DNA of 64,000 nt from a virus, in IMG/VR virus record IMGVR_UViG_3300036770_000877, positions 32,001 through 96,000 of that record; one strand, 5' to 3'. Position numbers and translations under genes: made by a program. Within the stretch, counting starts at the first letter, position 1, and every line of letters starts with the position of its first letter. Below the pieces are notes generated by a model. It ran no database searches, was not told the origin of the DNA, and saw nothing but the letters and a program-made list of their open reading frames with translations. Shown piece after piece: positions 48,948-55,827 of the stretch.

Positions 48948-49082
48948 ATGAGAAAGAAAACGACTGAGGAATTACGGCGACTAATGGAGTTGCGCCGTAG
49001 TAATGCAGCCACGCCTGTAAAAAATAAAAAGGCGTATTCTCGCAAGCGCAAGCATAAATGTCGCCCCTATGGTGTAGAATAA
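48948..49082 (+). CDS. Basic 44-aa peptide with ArfA-like C-terminal motif
   Basis: ..LRRSNAATPVKNKKAYSRKRKHK; ATG 8 nt after the -10 of a PafBC-type promoter. Confidence 0.55.
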   Translation: MRKKTTEELRRLMELRRSNAATPVKNKKAYSRKRKHKCRPYGVE

Positions 49083-49104
49083 AATAAAGAAAGAAAGGTG
49101 CCCC

Positions 49105-49824
49105 ATGAAACTAAAACGCTCTAATGATAGAAAGGTTGCAAATGCAGTCTCAAGAAATGGAAAAACCCCAACAATTGCCAACACTTTTGGATTGCCTGCT
49201 GGAAAAGACTTCTCGTGTCCTGGTGCCACTAGTGTTTGTGAAAGCGTTTGCTATGCAGGAAAACTCGAAAGAGTATACAAGGGAGTAAAGGCTGTCCTGC
49301 TGCATAACTGGGAACTCCTACGCAATGCAGATATGGAAACAATGTCTCTATTGATTGATGAGATGATTGTTGACTTTGTTGCAGATTGTGAGAAAAAGTC
49401 TGCAGATAAATTATTCCGTATCCACTGGGACGGTGATTTCTTCAATGACACTTACGCATACGCATGGAAGGCTGTTATTGCTAATCATCCCGACGTACAA
49501 TTTTGGGTATACACTCGTGTAAAGTCTGCTGCTCTAATTCTAAAAGATATTCCTAACCTATCACTCTATTATTCTACTGATGATGAGAATAAAGAAATTG
49601 CTCATGAACTAAAACTAAATGACGGTATTCGCCTTGCTTATCTAGGAAAAACTTTCGCTGTCACCGAAGACAAAATGAAAGAACTAACTGGCAAGCCTGG
49701 TGCAAAATGCCCTGAGAATGCAAAACGTATTCCGTTGATTTCAACTAACGGTAGCGCATGCGTGTCATGCGGTCTATGCGTTTATGGTAAAGCAGATATT
49801 CGATTTAGCGCAACTAAAAAATAA
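49105..49824 (+). CDS. Gp88-like protein (Fe-S/radical-SAM-like Cys cluster)
   Basis: CPGATSVCESVCYA, FRIHWDGDF, FWVYTR, C-terminal CP..CVSCGLC. Confidence 0.75.
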   Translation: MKLKRSNDRKVANAVSRNGKTPTIANTFGLPAGKDFSCPGATSVCESVCYAGKLERVYKGVKAVLLHNWELLRNADMETMSLLIDEMIVDFVADCEKKSADKLFRIHWDGDFFNDTYAYAWKAVIANHPDVQFWVYTRVKSAALILKDIPNLSLYYSTDDENKEIAHELKLNDGIRLAYLGKTFAVTEDKMKELTGKPGAKCPENAKRIPLISTNGSACVSCGLCVYGKADIRFSATKK

Positions 49825-50185
49825 GGAGAAAAATGAAACTATACAATGCATACATGGCCCTGTACTTAGGAAATGAAGAACAACAACAAGCTGCACAAGA
49901 ATATCTCGACTCCTTGGAAGAATTAAAAGAAGAGGACCAGGAGTAATTGGGTTACGTATTTGTAGCTTTATCTGTTGGGATCTTCTTGGTCCCCGCCGCT
50001 ATAGTTTATTTACTATATAAGAAAAGCTGAGGCCCGCCCCGCATAAAGCGATTTGTCAAATTACGACACTGTGATTTTTCCCACAAAAGTTTTTGAGAAA
50101 ATGTCCGATTTGACCCATTTCTAAGTTGCGCTCTGTCGGTCTGAAATGCTAAACTATTATTACCAACAAACGAAAGGAAGCAAAA

Positions 50186-50335
50186 ATGGCTAAGACACCA
50201 AAAATCGGTGAAACCATTACAACTGCTCAGAGCAAAGTTTCTGGCGTTGTAAAGGAAGTCGTAAAGAACCCATCTGGCTCGGTGCGTGTTCGTCTTGATG
50301 TAGAGGGCGAAACTCGCTGGACTACTATCAAGTAG
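50186..50335 (+). CDS. Early small SH3-like protein (49 aa)
   Basis: KIGETITTAQSKVSGVVKEV..RWTTIK; resembles 50948-51130. Confidence 0.6.
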   Translation: MAKTPKIGETITTAQSKVSGVVKEVVKNPSGSVRVRLDVEGETRWTTIK

Positions 50336-50350
50336 TTTATCAGATAAAAC

Positions 50351-50381
50351 TGACCTGAGCAAGTCAATGCTAAACTGCTCA
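50351..50381 (+). ncRNA. H-type pseudoknot element (second copy)
   Basis: TGAC-CTGAGCAA-GTCA-ATGC-TAAACTGCTCA. Confidence 0.5.
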
Positions 50382-50442
50382 CCAAGTTTATTCTGTCGGT
50401 GTGGTCTGATAGAATAGTAATACCAACTAAGAAAGGAAAAAA

Positions 50443-50865
50443 ATGGCAAGAAACGGCAAGGCGATAAATGTAAAAATCGCTACAACCAAAGTAATCAAGG
50501 CACTTGAGGGTGCGTTGGCTAAATTGGAAACTGAGTATGCTTCACAAGAAGCAAACGAGGCTAAGTATGAAAAGGCTCGTAAGGCTTGGGCTAAAGAAGT
50601 GGGTAAGTTAGCACTTGCTCAAATCTCAAAGGCAGAGAACCTAACTGCTTCTAAACGCTACAACAACGAGGTAAATGTTGATTTCAACTTACCTGCTGGA
50701 ACTATCGTTCTACCTGATGAACCTAAAAAGGATTTCACCACAATGAACGAGTGGAACTATCGTGAGCAGAAAGAGGAAATTGAGAACGCTATTCGTATTC
50801 TCAAGATGACCGACGAGGAAGTCGTTTCCACTTCAACTTACAACGCTATCGCTAGATACTTGTAA
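50443..50865 (+). CDS. Early hypothetical protein
   Basis: AGAAAGGA RBS; 140 aa. Confidence 0.75.
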   Translation: MARNGKAINVKIATTKVIKALEGALAKLETEYASQEANEAKYEKARKAWAKEVGKLALAQISKAENLTASKRYNNEVNVDFNLPAGTIVLPDEPKKDFTTMNEWNYREQKEEIENAIRILKMTDEEVVSTSTYNAIARYL

Positions 50866-50947
50866 TCCTGATGGGGGAGGGGTGTTTGACCTCCCCCACC
50901 AAATCTGATAAACTAAATATAAGCAAACAAAACGAAAGGAAAAACGA

Positions 50948-51130
50948 ATGTCCCCAGTATTCGGAAATAACAGCGATAGTTTCTATCGCAAGGGTGATGT
51001 ATTCACAACTGGCAAGTCAGGTATCACAGGTCGCTTGGAGGAAATCGTATCAGTTAGACCAAATCTAACTAAGATTGCTCTACGCACACCTAACAACCAA
51101 CTTCGCTGGGCAATGGTAAAGATTGGCTAA
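50948..51130 (+). CDS. Early small SH3-like protein
   Basis: GAAAGGA RBS; TTGACC-17-TAAACT promoter upstream. Confidence 0.65.
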   Translation: MSPVFGNNSDSFYRKGDVFTTGKSGITGRLEEIVSVRPNLTKIALRTPNNQLRWAMVKIG

Positions 51131-51488
51131 TCGATAGCCGATAGAAACAGTGGCAGTTTCGGGAATGTTCTCGCCACATGTCTTAAGTAAGAATTCCCAC
51201 CAAATTTCCCCTGGATGATCATGCGGAGTACAAAACAAAAATAGTAGACTCGTCAGAAGACGTCCAGGGGCCCAATTGGGCCACGGTCCATTCGAATGCA
51301 GTCAGCTTGGTTACCTTTCTTTCCAGGCTGGCTGCAAGGCCCGCCCCGCCAAACCACGCTTGTCAAGTTACGACGATGTGATTTTGCCCACTAAAAAATG
51401 TCCGAATTGCCCTAGTTTGCCAATCTAACTAGACATAGCCCACCTATGTATGCTAGACTTGATAAGTATCCAATAGAAAGGAAAAAAA

Positions 51489-52520
51489 ATGGCTACAAAT
51501 CTCGCTCATAAGCAAGAAGTAGAAAACGGCGATGTGTCGTTTGCTCTTGTTGATTCCCGCTCAAATCCTGCTTGGCACTCTTTTGCCAATAAGGTGTTCG
51601 ATTCAGATTCAGGAGATGTTTCAATCTCCGACATAATGAATGGTGCTAAACTATCCAACTGGAATGTCCGTCTTGAAGATGTTGCGCCTCTTGCGCCACA
51701 ACACAATTTCATTACTGATTCATTCCTTGTTGTTCGTGATAACCCAATGACCGATGGTGCTACTGATGTGCTATCTGTTGTCGGTTCTCGCTATAAGGTT
51801 GTTCAGAATGAAGAACTATTCTCATTCGCTGAAAATCTCCACGATGGAAATCCTGATGTAAAGGTTGATTCTGCTGGTTCTCTAAAGCAGGGTCGCATTG
51901 TTTATGGTTCTTGGTCTTTGCCAAATGAACTAATCATTGACCCAAAGGGTGTTGCTGATAAGACAAAACTTTATCTTATCGTTTGGACATCTCACGATGG
52001 TTCTGTTGCTGTTCAAGCAGCAATCACACCTGTTCGTGTTCGTTGCCAAAACACTCTAAACCTTGCGATGAAATCTGCTAAGCAATCTTTCAAGATTCGC
52101 CACACGCAGACCGCAGATGGAAAGATTCTCGCTGCTCGTGAGGCTCTTGGTTTATCTGTTGCTTACTTTGACCAATTCTCAAAGCAGGCTAATGAACTTT
52201 ATCAGGCTTCTATTACCGATAAGCAGTTTTCTGACCTTATCCGTAATCTTTACCCAAAGCCTGAAAAAGACGCTAAGGGTGCGTTGAAGAAGTGGGAAAA
52301 TAAGGTTGTCTTGATTGACGAACTTTATCATAACTCACCAACTAACGCAGGAATCAAAGGCACAAAGTGGGGTGCGCTAAATGCTCTAACTGAGCGTTTG
52401 GATTATTTCCGTTCTGCTCGTAAGGGTAATACGGAATCTCTTTCCGCTTCCGCTTCAGGTTTTGACCCTGTTATCACCGCAGAGAAAAATAAAATTCTCA
52501 AAGCGGTTGTCGCATTGTAA
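51489..52520 (+). CDS. DUF932 (TIGR03299-type phage/plasmid) protein
   Basis: PAWH, VGSRYKVVQNEELF, AGSL..GR, SHDGS..TPVRVRCQNTL, IRHT, GTKWGALNA.TE..D. Confidence 0.9.
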   Translation: MATNLAHKQEVENGDVSFALVDSRSNPAWHSFANKVFDSDSGDVSISDIMNGAKLSNWNVRLEDVAPLAPQHNFITDSFLVVRDNPMTDGATDVLSVVGSRYKVVQNEELFSFAENLHDGNPDVKVDSAGSLKQGRIVYGSWSLPNELIIDPKGVADKTKLYLIVWTSHDGSVAVQAAITPVRVRCQNTLNLAMKSAKQSFKIRHTQTADGKILAAREALGLSVAYFDQFSKQANELYQASITDKQFSDLIRNLYPKPEKDAKGALKKWENKVVLIDELYHNSPTNAGIKGTKWGALNALTERLDYFRSARKGNTESLSASASGFDPVITAEKNKILKAVVAL

Positions 52521-52528
52521 AATGCTAC

Positions 52529-52559
52529 GGGGGCGCAGAAATGCGCCCCCTATTTTTTT
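52529..52559 (+). terminator. Intrinsic terminator
   Basis: GGGGGCGCA-GAAA-TGCGCCCCC followed by TATTTTTTT. Confidence 0.85.
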
Positions 52560-52714
52560 GATCTAAAGCTCGGCGTGTTGATTTGACAAAACAAGTTTTG
52601 CGGGGCGGGTCTGACTGTTTATTTTATCATTACGTCACAAGTTAAAAATGCCCTGGAATTTGCAGGATGTCAGTCCCATGGTGTAGTATTGTATTAAGGA
52701 TAGAAAGGTAGATT

Positions 52715-52924
52715 ATGAGTTGGCAATTAGAAGCCAGTTGCAGCGAGGACCAGCATGACTTGTTTTTCTCGCAGGCTAAAGGTAAAATGGATAGAGCAAT
52801 ACAAATTTGTGGCTCGTGCTCTGTAAAGGGTGAGTGTCTTAAGTTTGCTATTGATGAAAAAGTAGAGTTCGGCATATTCGGTGGTCTCACACCGCAAGAG
52901 AGGAAAAAGAAATGGCTGATATGA
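52715..52924 (+). CDS. whiB: WhiB-family Fe-S transcription factor
   Basis: W..EASC..DLFF..AIQICGSCSVKGECLKFA..FGIFGGLTPQER. Confidence 0.92.
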   Translation: MSWQLEASCSEDQHDLFFSQAKGKMDRAIQICGSCSVKGECLKFAIDEKVEFGIFGGLTPQERKKKWLI

Positions 52925-53145
52925 CAGACGACCTATTCTCAGATAGAATAGGAGAACATATTTTAGGTGCTATTCAAGTAGATATCGAAGAGCAACTATT
53001 TGAAGATTGGAATAACTCTAATCTAGATGAAGGCAATCTTTATGCAGAATGGAGATTTTTTGAATTCGCTACACCTGAAATCAAGAAACAATACAACGAG
53101 CACTACGGATATACAGAAGAGGATGAGTATTACTTATCATGCTAG
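52912..53145 (+). CDS. Acidic hypothetical protein
   Basis: ORF with RBS. Confidence 0.65.
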   Translation: MADMTDDLFSDRIGEHILGAIQVDIEEQLFEDWNNSNLDEGNLYAEWRFFEFATPEIKKQYNEHYGYTEEDEYYLSC

Positions 53146-53312
53146 GTTATACTGCAGATGATGTTGAACGTATGATTAATGCGGTTCATGATTCTAAATT
53201 ATTTTATCTTAGATACCCGTCAGACTTAATTGATAAGTCACAGTTACGTGCAGATCTAGAAGATACGGTCAGCTTTTTACAAGGTGTACTAGCCGAGGGG
53301 CACGTCCAATGA
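53139..53312 (+). CDS. Hypothetical protein (57 aa)
   Basis: MLGYTADDVERMI..FLQGVLAEGHV. Confidence 0.55.
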   Translation: MLGYTADDVERMINAVHDSKLFYLRYPSDLIDKSQLRADLEDTVSFLQGVLAEGHVQ

Positions 53313-53571
53313 GCACTAGACATAAACAGTGTACACAATGCTATAATGGAAAGTATTACTTTTACAATGGTAAAGACGAACTAGTCGCTATCCCGTGCCC
53401 ATTTTGCTAGGAGATAAAATGAGTAAAGAGTTTAAAGAACTTGTTGGAAAAGGCATTCTAGGTTTTTTGGGCCTAGGTGCCATAGTTATATACGTTATCT
53501 ACAAAATATTTGTGGCCTAAGTCACACCTATATTCGTTGAATTTGTCCCCGTTAACTGTTAGGATAGATAT

Positions 53572-53781
53572 ATGGAAAAACTAATAGAATATATGAATAT
53601 ACATCTTGTCAGTCTTCTGCAAGATTTAGAATCTTTGGAAGAACAAATGGAGCGATTGGATATGAACTCTAAGGACTTTATTGAGTTAGACTTTGAATTC
53701 AATAATATCTCAGGGCAAACCATTGCTACCCGCCACCTAATGTCAGTTGCTCGTGATATCCTAGAAGAACAGAAAGGATAA
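53572..53781 (+). CDS. Hypothetical protein (leaderless)
   Basis: TTGAAT-17-TAGGAT, ATG 6 nt later. Confidence 0.65.
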   Translation: MEKLIEYMNIHLVSLLQDLESLEEQMERLDMNSKDFIELDFEFNNISGQTIATRHLMSVARDILEEQKG

Positions 53782-53783
53782 CA

Positions 53784-54065
53784 ATGATTGAATCAGCCGA
53801 GGCTATCGAACCACGCTTACAGAAACTAGTTGATTTGGGTTGCACTGGTATTGACATAATGCACGGGGAACTCAAGAATCTTATGCTTGAAGCAGAGCAG
53901 GAATATTCTAACTATGTAAAGATTGAAGAAGAAACTGACTATGATGACGCTATGGATTCTATGGAGCGTAAATATTGGGAGGGCATGCTAGACGCATACT
54001 CCCACATGTATAAAATGACCTACGACCTATCGTTTGCTATTAGTGCTAAGGAGGCAGGAGAATGA
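53784..54065 (+). CDS. Hypothetical protein
   Basis: AGAAAGGA RBS. Confidence 0.7.
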   Translation: MIESAEAIEPRLQKLVDLGCTGIDIMHGELKNLMLEAEQEYSNYVKIEEETDYDDAMDSMERKYWEGMLDAYSHMYKMTYDLSFAISAKEAGE

Positions 54066-54361
54066 AGGCAGGAGACAAAGACAAACTAAATAAATGTTTA
54101 GAGATTCTAGATACAACTGACCTAGGCCTATCATTAGTTTGGCTATGGACATGGAGTACTATCAAGAACTTTATGGAAGATGAAACATTTATCATGAAGA
54201 AAACTGAAGATGAAATGTGGGATTGTCTATGTGAGGCTGTTGAGGCTGGACATGGATTTTCTTTGGAGTATGGAGCAGAACAACATCATGACGACGTAAT
54301 GGAATGGATGTTAAATCGGGAGTACATGGTAGATTCCATGTTTGAAGAGGAAGAGGAATAA
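54062..54361 (+). CDS. Hypothetical protein
   Basis: ATGA coupling. Confidence 0.7.
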   Translation: MKAGDKDKLNKCLEILDTTDLGLSLVWLWTWSTIKNFMEDETFIMKKTEDEMWDCLCEAVEAGHGFSLEYGAEQHHDDVMEWMLNREYMVDSMFEEEEE

Positions 54362-54585
54362 TGTATCACAAACCAATGCTTGAAATACTTGAAGTAGAAT
54401 ACTCAGTTTCCCCTGGTGGTGTAGATGAGTTTGAGGTTTATTCATTACATGAAGAAGATGTTATGAATCCCCCGCTATTTACTACCACCGATCTTTTGGA
54501 AGCAGTTCAATTCTGTTATAGTTTAGGAAAAGATTTTGTTGTGCGAACATTAGCAGAGTGGGAAGAAAGACAAATGCTTATCTAA
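54361..54585 (+). CDS. Hypothetical protein
   Basis: TAATG coupling. Confidence 0.65.
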   Translation: MYHKPMLEILEVEYSVSPGGVDEFEVYSLHEEDVMNPPLFTTTDLLEAVQFCYSLGKDFVVRTLAEWEERQMLI

Positions 54586-54666
54586 AGCTGGCGGGTCGGG
54601 TCTGTCTCAAAATATGGACATTACGTACAACTTGAAAAATGCCCTGGAATCCTGTATTATTAAGAT

Positions 54667-54858
54667 ATGACTGAAACAACCCTGGAATATGTGTTAACAA
54701 ATAATGATAGATGTGACCGTTGTTCTGCCCAAGCTTTATATTTATGCAAAGGTATTACGGGTGAGCTAATGTTTTGCGGTCACCATTTCAATTCAAATAA
54801 AGAATCATTAACTAACTGGGCTTACGAGATCGTAGACGAGTCCTCTAAAATTTCTTGA
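54667..54858 (+). CDS. Small actinobacterial-type Zn-binding protein
   Basis: DRCDRCSAQA..GELMFCGHH motif, resembling small actinobacterial host proteins. Confidence 0.7.
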   Translation: MTETTLEYVLTNNDRCDRCSAQALYLCKGITGELMFCGHHFNSNKESLTNWAYEIVDESSKIS

Positions 54859-54883
54859 CAATCCGCCCTGAATTTTCTATAAT
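54855..54883 (+). promoter_or_regulatory. Consensus sigma-A promoter
   Basis: TTGACA-17-TATAAT. Confidence 0.85.
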
Positions 54884-54910
54884 TAATATATAGACAGAAA
54901 GGAGATGCAA

Positions 54911-55033
54911 ATGACAAAGCGAGAGTACCTAGTTTCCCTTGGACAAAAAGTCGGCAAGCGTGGACGTTTTTCCAAAGAGCAGGTAGAATTGATTAAGAAG
55001 GCTGAAGCACAAGGCACAGTTTTCACAAAGTAA
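54911..55033 (+). CDS. 40-aa Lsr2 DNA-binding-domain-like peptide
   Basis: REYLVSLGQKVGKRGRFSKEQVELI; AGAAAGGAG RBS. Confidence 0.55.
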   Translation: MTKREYLVSLGQKVGKRGRFSKEQVELIKKAEAQGTVFTK

Positions 55034-55062
55034 ATATCCACTACTAAGAAAGGTAGGCCCCC

Positions 55063-55827
55063 ATGCCAAATTGGGTATATAACACTTTGACCATACAAGG
55101 TCCTAAAGAGGAAATTGATTCAATTAAAGAAAGATTGAATCGTCCTTTTACACTAGCGCAAGAGACATTCGGAATGGGCGATATTAGTTCATCTGGATTC
55201 CCGACTAAAATCACACAGGTAAGTTATTCTAATCCTGTATTTTCATTTCATAATATCCATTCGTATAAGGACGAAGGCATTACTGATGAAGAGTATGCCT
55301 GCCAGCCTGACCGTAGTGGTGTAGATATGAATGACCCTGACTGGTTCCGCAAGTCTGTTGAGTTTGCTAAAACTCAAAAGGATTGGTATTCATGGAACAA
55401 CTCCAACTGGGGCACCAAATGGGATGTCGCAGTTCGTGATGATGACGAATATCCAAATACTGAGTTACTTGAGTATAAGTCAGAGGGTCATGACAACTGG
55501 CTTGTATACAAGTACGAGACTGCTTGGTCACCTGCAGTAACTATCTTAACTAAACTATCTAACTTGGTTCCTAACTCTCTCCTTACACTGGAGTATGAAG
55601 AGGAACAAGGTTGGGGCGGAGAACTAGAAATTCTTCGTGGTGATGTTAAAACAATTCTAGAATATGAAACTCGTTGCTATGCATGTCAATCTTATGACTG
55701 TGTTGAGTATTGTGAGAATGACTGTGGTCAATTCTGCTCTGAATGCAATGAGGGTTCATGGCGAGATGAAGAAGCAATGGCAGAATGCGAAGAGCACAAG
55801 CCTTTACTTGAAAAGGTAGAGGTGTAA
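55063..55827 (+). CDS. DUF1281/YubB ferredoxin-like domain protein
   Basis: MPNWVYNTLTI.G, WYSWN..NWGTKWD, YETAWSP, LEYEEE.GWGG; Cys-rich tail. Confidence 0.8.
   Translation: MPNWVYNTLTIQGPKEEIDSIKERLNRPFTLAQETFGMGDISSSGFPTKITQVSYSNPVFSFHNIHSYKDEGITDEEYACQPDRSGVDMNDPDWFRKSVEFAKTQKDWYSWNNSNWGTKWDVAVRDDDEYPNTELLEYKSEGHDNWLVYKYETAWSPAVTILTKLSNLVPNSLLTLEYEEEQGWGGELEILRGDVKTILEYETRCYACQSYDCVEYCENDCGQFCSECNEGSWRDEEAMAECEEHKPLLEKVEV

Noticed and set aside
50351-50381. Hammerhead ribozyme (CUGA...AAAC)
   Set aside because: Lacks the CUGANGA/GAAA core and three-way junction.
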